A program made the position numbers and the translations under genes. From assembly GCA_030141605.1 (NCBI GenBank), contig JAQGDQ010000089.1, forward strand, positions 558,001 to 622,000: DNA of 64,000 nucleotides, read 5' to 3'. Shown one piece after another: positions 26,325-38,681 of the stretch. This stretch comes from Tubiluchus corallicola. Taxonomy: Eukaryota > Animalia > Priapulida. The notes under the pieces are model-generated. The model was not told where the DNA came from, ran no database searches, and saw only the letters and a list, made by a program, of their open reading frames with translations. The number at the start of each line of letters is the position of its first letter. The stretch's first letter is position 1.

Positions 26325-27008
26325 TTATTTTTCATTAGTGTCCACGTTCTTTGGAGAAGGTGCTTTAGCTGGATATATGATTGGTCCCCCATCTTGGACG
26401 GGATTGAGACTACCAGCACTAGGTGGAGCTGGCAACTGCGGGTATGAAAAACCACTGGCTGCGGTTTCTGGCGGGAAAACCGCAGGAAGTGACGTTTGCT
26501 GCGACGTCAAACTGACGACCATTCGTTTCAATTCGTCAATGGCGTTTGCCTGCATGATGATGTAATTCTTGGCCAGCAAGAGCGTGGCAATCTTCGAAAG
26601 TTTTCTGACGGAGGGACTGTGGGCGTATGGAATGACGGAGCGTAGTTCATCTAGGGCATCGTTCAAATCGTGCATGCGGCGGCGTTCTCGTGCGTTTATA
26701 CCAAGCCGTACGTGTTTTTGCTTGCAATGTTGTTTCTTCATCGTTGTATCTTCGTGCCGCTCTTGTCCAACAGGGCCTTTTTCATCATTCTCTGATGAGC
26801 TATTACCTTCACCTCCGATCATGTGCTTTTGGACATTCTCGCGCGACAGCTCTGGTCGCATTGTCACCTCAGCCGGGTACGTGGCATCGAGTGGTACCCC
26901 AGATTCGTATCTTTGGAGGTACTCTCGAAGGTGGTGACGAGGTTCGGCATATCTGTCAAAGTATGCAGATACCCCCGCTCTGTTCAGATAGGCGTCCATT
27001 TGATTCAT
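26325..27008 (-). CDS. bhlhe22/23: Beta3 / BHLHE22-23 (Olig family) bHLH transcription factor, intronless CDS, about 227 aa
   Basis: [65 protein letters not shown] is the diagnostic Beta3 bHLH; first ATG is at 27008 (the ORF track starts at GTG 27017). Confidence 0.95.
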   Translation of the reverse strand: MNQMDAYLNRAGVSAYFDRYAEPRHHLREYLQRYESGVPLDATYPAEVTMRPELSRENVQKHMIGGEGNSSSENDEKGPVGQERHEDTTMKKQHCKQKHVRLGINARERRRMHDLNDALDELRSVIPYAHSPSVRKLSKIATLLLAKNYIIMQANAIDELKRMVVSLTSQQTSLPAVFPPETAASGFSYPQLPAPPSAGSLNPVQDGGPIIYPAKAPSPKNVDTNEK

Positions 27009-27589
27009 TTCTATCACTGGAAATCTACACAGTTATTTGGTTAAGTCACAGTTCTTTTCAAGCCACACGCTGAGAGATTCCTAGAACAAATGTTTATTGT
27101 TTTCTGTAAATTTCACGACTTTCATTATCAACACTCTCAGTCATGCAAGGAGCAATCAAAAACTGCCATTGCCAACCGAAACGACACCTATTTCCAGTAA
27201 CTGAGTGGCAGTTCCACAATGTAGAATTTCTGTCATTTACCAAAAAATAAGCTTGTTTACAAGTTTCTTAAACAGATTAACTTGTTTCCGTTGCCCCGAA
27301 GAAGCTCTCCAAAATTAATGAAACTTTCTTATCGCTGATCACGCAGTCTGTTTATTGTTATTTGATACACTAATATCATCAATATTCACTTTTCTTGGCG
27401 TCTTGGAGTACTTGCCGTTTTTTACACTTTACTTCAGTGTTTTCTAACCATGACGCTTCTCTGTGTAGCGACAGTTCTTCTGACACTCTCAGCCTAATTG
27501 AAGTTGAATCGAAGACGCTTGCAGCTCAGCTCTTACCAGAACAATACAAGGCGTTGAGTCGTGTAGAAACGAATATTACACAATCGATG

Positions 27590-27670
27590 CTTGGAGCTGT
27601 CCAACCAATCATAATGCACCGGGCGAGTCTGCACCGGGATGGCGGCCGGGAATACGAAGTTCAGGGTGTG
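27590..27670 (-). promoter_or_regulatory. Candidate proximal promoter of the bHLH gene
   Basis: CCAAT box (ccaaccaatc, 27601-27610) next to a GC-rich patch with duplicated tgcaccggg, about 600 bp upstream of the ATG, with an abrupt switch to AT-rich DNA beyond. Confidence 0.45.
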
Positions 27671-29289
27671 AAATAGTAAATAGGGTGGAAAAGGCTGTAT
27701 TTGTATTAAAAATGTTACCTTGTTACAAATTCAAATAACAGTGTACTTTTTCAAGAGGTAGACGTAGTTTGCATCTGAAATGTAAAAGTTTATTAACATA
27801 ACGGTTGGAAAAATGAATAAATAGTACTTAAAATAGCTATATTTGTCATCATAATCCACATTTAAACAACGTGTATGTAACATGTTTTTTATGTATCCAA
27901 GGAAAAAATAAATTTAGTGTTCTAAAATTTTTATTCACGTATAGTACAAGATTTATAAATTGACGTGTACAGTGAAAAAAACACAATACACAATATATAT
28001 AGTCGTTTAAATATACTTAACAAAATACAATTAGCAAAATACTGAAATGCGCTCAAAAATTTTGGATTAACAGTAAACGATGTTTTATGTAATCAATGAA
28101 TAATTTTCAATGGCAGTTCTTATAAATACATTTTTCAAATTTTTGTCAATAAAAGTGTGAGAAATTACACAGAGTGGCATATTTTAACAGTCATTCCAAT
28201 GGACTTGTAATGCAAAAGCCCATGCTTGAAATCTAGGCTTAATAATAACTTTTTCACATTTCCTTTCTTTTTTGCGAAAGTTTAGGATAAAAAAATCATA
28301 ATTAGGGATCCATTCGATCATGCATTAATTCTTGCGCTATTAAATTTATACTAAAGTGCAGTAATAAAAGGGCATCAAATTACTAAGAAGCGAAGAAGTG
28401 AATCTAAAGTGTCGACCTTCTGCTGAATCGAATTATTCCGAACCATTCGTCACGTCGCATTACCGGATCCTGGCTCAAATCAGCTTTGCCTGTCACAACT
28501 GTTAAAATCACGCCTTTGTGTTAAGCTTATTATTTTGGCCCTATTATGACAATAGGACCTGGTTGCTTAGTTAACGGTGTGCCTTATGGCGCGGAATAAG
28601 CGAGCTGCTCCTCGCCACAAAAGAAAGGGAAACCGCAAAAGGGAGAGAAGAGGCAATTGTCGTCTCGTGCTACTACAAAGTGCTGCCCCTCTATAGATGG
28701 GTAAATAAATAAACTCATAAACAGATCTACTATTTACTTAGGAGAAAAATATTTGCATATATTGTACTTTAATGGTATTACCATCTTAATCGCTCTCTTT
28801 GGCTCTGTAAGTACAGATACCATTAACAAGGGTTAAATGAACGCTTGCTTTAATAACACATATAATGCTTTAATATAAATATTACAATTAAAATAAGAAA
28901 AAAAGAGCAAAAAAGAGAACTATTCATTCATGTAGAAAAAATGTTTTCTATTGTGAGTTGCAATTCGTAAAGTAATAATGATGATGTGTTGCAGATATGC
29001 TGCACTGAAAGACGCTGTAGAACAAAAACATTTTTGAAATTACAAATACTGCAAAGAATCATGCAAATGATGCCAGAATTTTTCCAAACGTTCCAAATAT
29101 TATGAACATTTATTAGCAGACAGAGGAGTTTGTTACTAGTTTAATACAATTATTGTTCATGACAATGTTTTTGCCAGTAACTTGATTTTTAAATTTTTCT
29201 GTGTCAGCTGACAGAAACTAGAATGGAAGCACTAATGTGCTTGAATCAGGTACATCACTTTTGTTGTAAAGTTAATGGTTTCTATAATT

Positions 29290-30815
29290 GGATGCGTGAT
29301 AAAAATGGCGCTATTAAAAAACTTGGGAAAAAGATGGCACGGTAAAATGGCACAGGAAAAAATGGCACAAATGAAAAATAAGATAAACATGGCACATCTA
29401 CTGCTTTGATGCAGAAAAATTCAATAATAAGAAAATGATTAAAATAACTATCATGCAGCGTATAATACACACTTAATGCACTTATTGCAAGTATAAATCA
29501 GAATTTAAGCAAGAAAACTATTTACATTTTATTAAAAACAAATGTGAAAAAATCATGTTCAAGTGCGCGTAATTTACATATAGAAAAATGACGACACCAT
29601 CAACCTAAAGTCCGGGTGAATATGACACTCTGTCAACACTGTGACAGCCAATAAGTAGAAGACGAAATTCATTTTTTGTTTTATTGCTTCTTCTGCAACC
29701 GGTTAAGACAATCCTTTCATTCTGATATAGCAAGCATGAATAGCAATTTCATTAACTTGAACGATAACGAAAAGCTGAAACTCGCAATGGGGGGGGGGGG
29801 GGGGGTTACCGGCTGCGACATAACCAGATTAGTCGCCCATTACATTTTCAAGTGCTTTAAAAAAGGAGTAAATAGTAGGAACATGTAAATATTAATAATA
29901 TTATTTATTATTTTTTCATGATACGCTAACTGTATGTATACTAAAATTACATAGATTTGTTATTTGTTATGTGTTTTTTGGCTGTATAACTATAATGTCA
30001 TAGCTTTGTTTTGTACTTTTGTATTTTGTTATTTTGTTGTATGTATGTTATTGTAATGTAATGTATATGCCAATAATAACTTCTGAATTCCATACAGTAC
30101 ACACGGCTTAATAGGCTCACTTTCGGATAAAGTGTTTCATAGTCGGTTAAACGTTCTGTGCAAGGAAAAGATTAAAAAGGAAACCGCTGTTCAAGCGATT
30201 AAGCATTTGCTGCAGGACCAGTAGTTGCGGCAGTGGCTAAGAGATTCAAAGCAAAATCGCTACGTTAGCATATTACTGATTGCTAGAAAAATACACTGTT
30301 TGCTAATTAACTAATTCCAGTGTTCGGCGTAATGAATTTATCTAGAGTGGTCTTCAAAGTACACAAATAGTCGATAATTTATTTGAGCAATACAATTCAG
30401 TATATTGGTATTTATACAATGACAATACAAGCGATACATCAAAGAAAATATTGGCTATATACATGTTAGTATTTGTAGTTACAGTAGGACTCGGTTACTT
30501 ATTCTTTAGCCATTTTCATCAGGCTTTATTGTTTTTTAATGAGCGTGAAGCTTTCACTACATTTTAAGTCTTTTGCATTAAATTTTACATGTGATGTTGA
30601 GATAGTTCTATTCTTTGTAACGAAACACGTCTACCCTGAATATATCGTGTTGCATTACAGTATAATAATTATTAATAAAGAAAAAATATTAAAATTTGCT
30701 TGCTTCTGTTTCTAATATCTTACTAATTTACTTTAAATAAGCCATTCTTTCATACTTTTCCATTTGTGCCATTTTTTCCTGTGGCATTTTTACCATGCAA
30801 TTTTTACTTATATTC
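29290..30815. mobile_element. Non-autonomous TIR element with tandem aaaatggcac subrepeats in its arms
   Basis: ggtaaaatggcacaggaaaaaatggcacaaatg (29341-29373) is the near-perfect inverse of catttgtgccattttttcctgtggcatttttacc (30760-30794). Confidence 0.75.
29550..30090 (+). mobile_element. 3' fragment of a LINE (C-terminal CCHC finger and tail) nested in the TIR element
   Basis: Translates as SARNLHIEK*RHHQPK...LCQHCDSQ*VEDEIHFLFYC, matching the L.IE.GR..C..C..VEDE.HFL..C pattern, followed by a TG-rich 3'UTR. Confidence 0.7.
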
Positions 30816-31854
30816 GTCAGTTTGTCAGTCATAGCATTTCGTAAAAAATACGCATTCCTAAGGCAGATTCAGTGATGCAATAGACTGAAACTAACCACAA
30901 CAATCACATAACAATGTACAGGGCATATCCATACGGGTAAATTGAGGGCCGTATTAGGAAAGTGAAAAATCTGGCTTCGTTTTGTTGTCTGCGTAACGGT
31001 CCGTAGTATCTTCATGCAAAATACTTATCCTAAGAGGAAAATATAGCTTATAACAACTTTCAAGAATAAATTTGACAACTGTACATGCCCATGCTTTAGG
31101 AACCATATGCACTTTGAACTGGATCTCAAAATAGTCTTACTTCTTATCCAGATAGTAGGCCTGTTCCTAGACTTTGGTTTGAGGATGAATAAGATGAATA
31201 TTAATTCGTGCAATTAAGTCAAAAGTGCAATGGAAGCATGATGACTTTCTTTAAAAAAGCTTGAAATTTGTGTGGTTTGAATGATATTTCTTCATTTCAA
31301 CACACCGGGCAATTTTCTTGCTCATTTCCCTAGAAATACTCTCGTCTGAACTTAGCTTGTGCGCATGCGTACAGCGCCATGCTGGCTGTCCCCAGATGTG
31401 ATATTCAAATGACGTGAATAAACCTAACGAAATGATTAGAGAGCAAACCGAATTCCGGGTATTGTTCGACAATCTAATCCGGATCATTGCGTCAATCTAA
31501 GACGAGAGAGAAGCTGAGACAGCAAGATAAATTCTGTCAACTCACTGATTAAAACAGGGATGGATGCACACTGTAGGCGCTGGTTTCACGTATATGCAAA
31601 GCATGCTGGACATAGCACAACATTCTTAATTGAATTAAATTAGTTTTTATTTTTCCGTGTTTTTAAATAAACCTCACATAATTCTGCAATTTATTTGCCA
31701 TTATGAGGCTAAAATTTTCTTTTCCTTCCTAATCATTTTAATGTTTTCTAATTTAGATAATACAGAATTTATAGTTATAATTATTTAGCATTATTTTTAA
31801 CACATAATGAAAGCGGTCTGTAAAGTTAGTGTAGCTTACAACAAGTTTTATTAT

Positions 31855-31934
31855 AACGATGACAACAACGATAATGATGATGATGATGACGACGACGATG
31901 ATGATGATCATGGCGATAGTGATGATGATGACGG

Positions 31935-31980
<46 letters not shown>

Positions 31981-32030
31981 AATGATGAGTGATGATGAGT
32001 GATGATGATGATGATGATTATGATTATGGC
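31855..32030. repeat. (GAT/GAC)n trinucleotide array
   Basis: Directly visible; source of the spurious poly-D and poly-I ORFs. Confidence 0.98.
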
Positions 32031-33444
32031 GATAATACTCAAAATAATTTATAAATTTTAAAAAATCAGTTTTAGTATTAATAACATTCACACTGTTTAG
32101 TGTAAAACCGAATAATCCAGAGATGTTTAGTCCAAGGATTTGCGTATCAAAGTTGCAGGTTTTAATCACGTGAAATATAAGGCAGCCATAATATGCGCCA
32201 TCTGGTGTTAACAAACCGCTCACAAATTTCTTCAACATTGAACAGAAGGCGCTAGAAAAGAGGAACTATTTGAGCAGAGAAATTACAAATACGAGAAAGA
32301 ACAATAACAGCTTTGTTACTGGCGTGGGGAGGAGGAGAGGGAAGCTGCGTTTATTAAAGACCAATAGAAGCTCAAGCAGAAAAGGGCAGGTTGAATTAAG
32401 ATAATTATATAAAACCAGAAGCGGCCTGGCTGCATTGTACAGTGCAACCGAACGCCTTTTCTCTATTTTTAGAATTTCACAAGGTGCCACCATGAAAAAT
32501 TAATATAAAAACACAATGTTCGTTCTTCAAAATTTTGTTTTTTCATGACATTGATTTTTTGAAAAAAGAATCGACAAATCGGCATATAATTTTATTTCCA
32601 GAAAGGTTATAATGTTATGACTGTTTTTTTATTCAAATGTGCTGAGTAGGCTTGCTTAAATGGGTAAAATGGACTTCTAATTCTATACTGATTAGGTCTT
32701 GCTGAAAATTGTTACTGAAAATTTTCAACAAGCACAAAAAATATTTTTCAAAACAACTACATTAAACTTTCATTGCGCCCTTTGTTTTCGTTAGGAATTG
32801 AAAGGATACTAGATTAGTTTTCGGATTATCGTTATAATGTTATGAAGAATGTCATAATAATTAATGTTTTATTTAAATCAATAGTTTTTCGCTTAAACTG
32901 GATGAAACTCTCTTTATTCCAGACTACAATGTCTTAAAAACACAGAAAAAATCGTACTGTAGACCGCAATGCTTCAAACGCACAGTAAAATGCGTACGCA
33001 CGCATGCGTAATTGCGTACAGAAGACACTAAGCGACTTTTTGGCACATTCTGGTAGCACAGATCATTTTAGTTTAGTCACCACATGACATCACAGTGGTC
33101 TCTGTTACTGAAAATTCTGCACCGCGTTTCAGTCGGTGATTAAATTTGCCTGCTATAGAATCATTAGAGACTGCATGCGCTCATTCATTTAATAATGCTC
33201 ATTATTGTACACGTTGCTAATTATCTTCAATTCATAGATATAAAGCATTTTAGAAGTGAATAATAATAATTATGAAGATAGACAAGGAAAGTTGATTGTT
33301 GAATGCAAAACTGGTTATTTGGTTCTTATTGTTATTGGTCTTATAATAATAGTTGAATGTCAACCTATAAGAGTCGTTCAAGCTGTGACAGTTTGAACTC
33401 TTGGAAGCATATTATCGAAACTTGGAATTTGAATAAGGCACATC

Positions 33445-33800
33445 CATGACTGACCAACCCTGGCCAGCTTGCACATTCGTTGCTGACACATCACTGGTTG
33501 GCACATCTGTGTTGGATACATCCTGGCTGACACAGCACCGGCTGACACATCTCTGGTTGGCAGATGTTTGGTTGACACATCCCTGGTTGGCACATCTCTC
33601 GTTGGCACATCTCTGGCTGACACATACCTGGTTGGCAAATCCCTGGCTTACACATTTGTGGCTGACGCATTCCTGGCTGACATATTCCTGACTGGCATAA
33701 CCCCTGTTATTTGAGTCATCCCTGGCTGACGCATCACTGTCTAATACATCCCTGGCTGACACATCACTGTCTGGTACATCCGTGTCTGATACATCCCTGG
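33445..33800. repeat. 15-bp minisatellite (consensus ccctggctgacacat), more than 20 degenerate units
   Basis: Regular 15-nt periodicity with a few 20-nt variants. Confidence 0.92.
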
Positions 33801-34344
33801 GTAATTCATCGCAGATTATTTTTCTTCGACTATGTCGTCCAGCAAAAACTGCGTGTCAAGATTATAGAACCTTTATCGCCCAATTCTTGTTGTTCAAAAA
33901 AAGAGAAAACTTAGGCAGCCTTCTAACCAGCATCCACCATACCATCCAGCTTCGATAAACTTTCTCGATTTCCGCACTTCCTTGTGTCGCAGATGACCAT
34001 ATTTTTTCAAGGAAACACTACTAACGCTGGTACGTTAGTTAGAAAGCAAGAAAGCTGTCAATGCCTTTGCGTGTTTTTAAGCATTTTATTGGTTTTTGTT
34101 TGTATTTTAATAGTAATTTGTTGTCTGACCCTGTTCTCTTCCAACGTTGATAACCATTATGGTAAATCTTAACAATTGTTTGCGCCATAACAGAATGTTC
34201 ACTGCTAGAAATGGCTTTTTCGTGTATTATCCTGATTTTTTAAACACATGATTAGAATATGAAAGAGTTCTCCTGAGACTTGCCATCTTAACATAAGAAA
34301 ACGTTATATGCCCTTATAGTCTCAAAATAATAATTTTTATTTCT

Positions 34345-34382
34345 TACAGAGGTTTTCGACCTTGCAGGCCTCATCAGCTGCA
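34345..34382 (-). ncRNA. Minimal type I hammerhead ribozyme remnant (Penelope pLTR-like), probably inactive
   Basis: ugcag-CUGAUGA-GGCC-ugcaa-GGUC-GAAA-accu-cugua, followed by AAUAAA. Stems I and II pair; the NUH cleavage triplet is not canonical. Confidence 0.6.
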
Positions 34383-34714
34383 TAGACTGTGTTGCTAATG
34401 TGAAAGTGGTGAAGTGATTAGAATCTTAATTTGGATTGTAAAACAGCTCTTTTAAAAGAGTTCCGCTCTTTTTACGGAAATAAGGTGTGTTTTCACCCCG
34501 ATAAGAGCAAAAATCTCAGCCAAACGCTTTGAATTTCTGCAGCACTTTGCGAAATATTTTTATTGACAGTTGGACTGATTATAGCAGTAAGTATTACAGT
34601 AAGCAAGTTGTGTGACGCGTGCAGTTAAATTAAGCAAAAAGTTTAATAATTTATTTTATGTATTGAGCCAAATTACAGAGAGAACGTACACAATTTACTT
34701 TCATTGGCAGTAAT

Positions 34715-34754
<40 letters not shown>

Positions 34755-35354
34755 AACGATGACAATGACGATGATAAATAAGTAACATTGTTAAGTTTTT
34801 TCATCTTTCGCTTTTCACAGAAACATTCGTCTGCAGGCATTAGCCATTATTGTCTATTCCATAGAAACATTCGCCTGTAGGCATTTGCGCATCGCAGAAG
34901 CCCATTAAACGTGCAAGAGTCGATAAGAAAGCCGTCAAGCCGGGGAGAAGAAAATCCATTCTTTATGCAGAGCTGATTAATTGTTCTAGGCATTCTTTTC
35001 CTCATGCCGCTTGCTGTAGCGCCAGTCAAAATGCAATCATTTATCTCTAAATACAAATAAATCAATAAATGCGAATCAGTAGATTCTAGAATGTCTAGCT
35101 TAATAGTGACGTTTTAGTTCCGAATAGAAAGTAGGTTGTCATGCTTCAACACTATGGTATTGAAAAGAGTTTTTGAACGAAGTAAACAATATTGCCCTAC
35201 AAATTCTTCTCTTGATAGGACAAAATTCCAGAAAATGTACAAAAAACTGGGATTTTAAAATGTATCACCGCTAATTGTTTTACCAGCATAATATCTGAAT
35301 TTGTGATCATTTAGCGAAGAATTATGTCGGTGATAATTACATTTTTTCACAACC

Positions 35355-35426
35355 TTTTTATGTAGGTTTAGTTTACATTTCAAGCTCTATATATACATAT
35401 GTACATATATATATATATATAGAGCT

Positions 35427-35480
<54 letters not shown>

Positions 35481-35514
35481 AGAGCTTGAAATGTAAACTA
35501 AACCTACATAAAAA
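35355..35514. repeat. Perfect 37-bp inverted repeat flanking a (TA)n tract
   Basis: tttttatgtaggtttagtttacatttcaagctctata and tatagagcttgaaatgtaaactaaacctacataaaaa. Confidence 0.95.
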
Positions 35515-35619
35515 TGTTATTAAAAATGACACGAGCTGCAATGTTTATACTTAATTAGAAACATTGCAATTCGTGTCATTTATTAAACTAGAAGCTAACT
35601 TTAAATTGATATTATTGTC

Positions 35620-35848
35620 ACCGCCATCGTCATCATAATCATCATCATAATCATTATCATCATCGTCGTCGTCTTTATCATCTTAATCATTGTCATCATC
35701 GTCATCGTCATTGTTGTTATCATTATCATCATCATCTTTTTCATCATCATCATCAGCGTTATTGTCATTGTCATCGTCATCGTCATTTTCTTCATCATCA
35801 TCATCAGCGTTATCATCATTGTCATCGTCATCATCATCATCATCATCC
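35620..35848. repeat. (CAT/CGT)n degenerate trinucleotide array
   Basis: Directly visible. Confidence 0.95.
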
Positions 35849-38257
35849 TTTCTATAACAACTGGGGGCTGGAGCCGGAACATGTTTTCTTACTGAATAAT
35901 CATGCCACTTTTACATTGTTTCGTCTTTCTTTTCAAAAATTTGATACACTTTTTCTCTTCATGTTTTTACCACACTTTTCTCCAGTTCACCCCCGGGGCT
36001 TACGTTATTTCCACATTTCCTGCTATTCGTTTCCGCTCGTTGGCAGCAGCTCTCAGTGGAAAGCCATTATGAATTCTTCTTCTGCATGAACTTTTCCTGA
36101 TTTGATTTACTTTTCAAATAGTTGAAAACCTCAATCAAAGACGCACCGCCAAGCGTAAGCTTTTTGAAGTTAGCGTAAAGAAACGTGTGAAATCCACATG
36201 AAGGCATTTACAGTAAAAAGCGTGAATTAATTATTTACCTAGAAAAGAAAGAAAGGAAAAAACAGGAAGAAGGAAATGAAGAGAGGAAGAACATGAAATG
36301 AAGGGAGAAGGAGAAAGAGAGAACGAGAAAAAGTAAACAAATTTGGTGTTGCGAAATAAGACAAATTCATTTAAAAAACAAAAGATGAGAGACTAGAGAA
36401 AAATTTTCTTAATTGCCTTTGAAGTCACATAACATATAATAGCTGAAATAGTTTCTACACAAAACAGTAAATTTTACAGTTCACAGTAGAGCAATATAAT
36501 CTTATATAATAGTATACTTTCATTTTTGCAAAATTTACTTTATAAATAATCAAATAGTATTCCACAAAAGCTTCAATGAGGATGAGTTCTATAATGAAAC
36601 CAAACGTTTATATTGAAATCGAAACAAATTTTACAATTTATTTAAGAGTAAGAAATCAAAACAACTACAGACTTGTTAAGACAATGCACGTTATCTATAC
36701 ATCAGACATAGCGATATCATACCAGTCTTTATGGTGTAATTTGTAATGGTTCCTCTAACAATGAGATCTCAGTAAATTTGTTTCTCGAGTAATCTGTAAT
36801 AATTTTCAAATATTAGAGTTTGGTTTTGGATTTTATAATTTTCAATGTCTCCAGTACAAGACGTAACAGATATCTCTAGTATAGGTTATGCGGTAGATAT
36901 ATAGGTACTCTACAGTCAACAGATCTGTCAGCGACATCTGTTGTAAATATTATTGACAATTTGTGTTAAAAATTCTCTTCTATAGATGGCGCCGTAACAT
37001 CAAAATGTGCAAAATCACAAGAATGGGTGCAGAACCTTCTATGAGTTCATCAATTATCCATCATTTCAGAAAAGAAAATTTGATTTATTGACACATGACA
37101 TATAAAATGTTTATTTGATATGCAAAGTTTAGTTCATATTATTCCTCTTCAGAAACTTTTAATGATATAGTTCACATGCAAAATGGGTCTAGATAATTAA
37201 ATTTTTAATTTTTCAATCTTTTCTTTATGAATTTTAACCTTATGACTGTTATTAGTCTTATTTTCTGATACTCACTAACAATTTAAAATTCCCAATTCAT
37301 TTGGATTTTAATTAAAAATTCATTTAATTTAACGTATGATATTTACGCGTAATTTGTTTAATTTTATTTATTTGAAATTATCTATTTAACGCACGTTTCA
37401 TGCATTAGCCACCAGGAACTATTGTACTGTAGGCAATTTTGATGAACATCCATATAAAAAATATAATTTTTAGTACATTCTCTTCTATTCCGTAGAGTAT
37501 TCTCTCTAATCATTATGATAAACATCAGTTCCACGTTAGTTAGCGATTTGGCATATCGCGCAATAATTTTAATAGCAGCAAATGTATTTTTCTGGTTATA
37601 ATTTATGACAGTTTCAGTAATATCGTGTCATTAAAGTATCAGCGTGTGTGTCTTTTGTGTGTGTATGTGTACTTGTAATTAAGTTAAAGCTTTGCCTGCA
37701 ACTAGAAGCCACATATTTAGATATATATTTTAAAATAATAGTTTAATAATAATTATCATCATTTCGGCAATTTAGAAATTAAATTTATTTTATTATAAAA
37801 AATAATCTAATGAATTAAGAGTCACTCTAGTAAACTAACACTTACAAATGCTGACTTAGCTGCTGAGCTGTTTTAGTATTAAATTAAGTTCAATGTGTTT
37901 AAAGCGGTTGTGAGGTCTATAGTGGCTAATGTGTAAGGTTTGTAGGCAAAATGTATATATCTACTTCAGTCCAGGTCCAGGTCAGATTTTTTTACATTTT
38001 AATCAACAATAACATTGCTATCAACCATGTAAAAAAAACACATCCTTTATTGAAACATTTCGAGCGAACTTCACTCTTCATCAATCCGCTACCTATAAAG
38101 CAAAAATAAGTTCACGCTGCAATCCACACTGCATTTTTATAATCCTTTCTTCCGGTCAAGTTTCGTTTCGGAAATTCAATAACGAAGATTCATCGCATCA
38201 TAAGCTAATGTACGATAATACATAATTACAATGTCATTTCTACATTATTTCAAAGCT

Positions 38258-38681
38258 TAGCCCTGTAAAGGGTCAGTTTTTTCGTCAAACTTGTTAGTCG
38301 GTTTTAGTTTGACCAACTAGTTTAATCGTGTAAACAGCGAAACTGACAAACTTTTAGTTTGACAAACCAAGTTTGATGGTATCAAACACAAAAACTGACA
38401 AGTCATACGCAACAACCAATAGCGTCGCGCGCTCGTTACATCATACCGATTGTTTATTATCTATCAGCAAGTTGTATAGATATGTATATGACAAACAGCA
38501 TTGTTGGCTGTTAGCTGATACTGGAACCTGGAGGCTAGAAACAGTGTTGGTGCCACAATTTCACTGACACCCCTTGGTGAATAGTTATTACTAGAGTTTG
38601 ATGCTGTCTAAGCATGCGCCAGTTTCTATTTGTCAGTTTTAGTTTGACAGTTTAAAAACTGATCGTGCAAACGGACTGTAA
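38258..38681. mobile_element. PIF/Harbinger-like MITE
   Basis: Right end gatcgtgcaaacggactg|taa, internal cgtgtaaac, repeated aaactgacaaa / tttagtttgac in both orientations, TTA/TAA flanks. Confidence 0.6.

Noticed and set aside
26338-27073. Plus-strand ORFs overlapping the bHLH gene, and minus-strand ORFs within DUF229
   Set aside because: Antisense shadows of real coding sequence.
37905-37995. tRNA-like A/B box remnants (also near 46215-46260)
   Set aside because: Too degenerate to fold as a tRNA; at most SINE debris.
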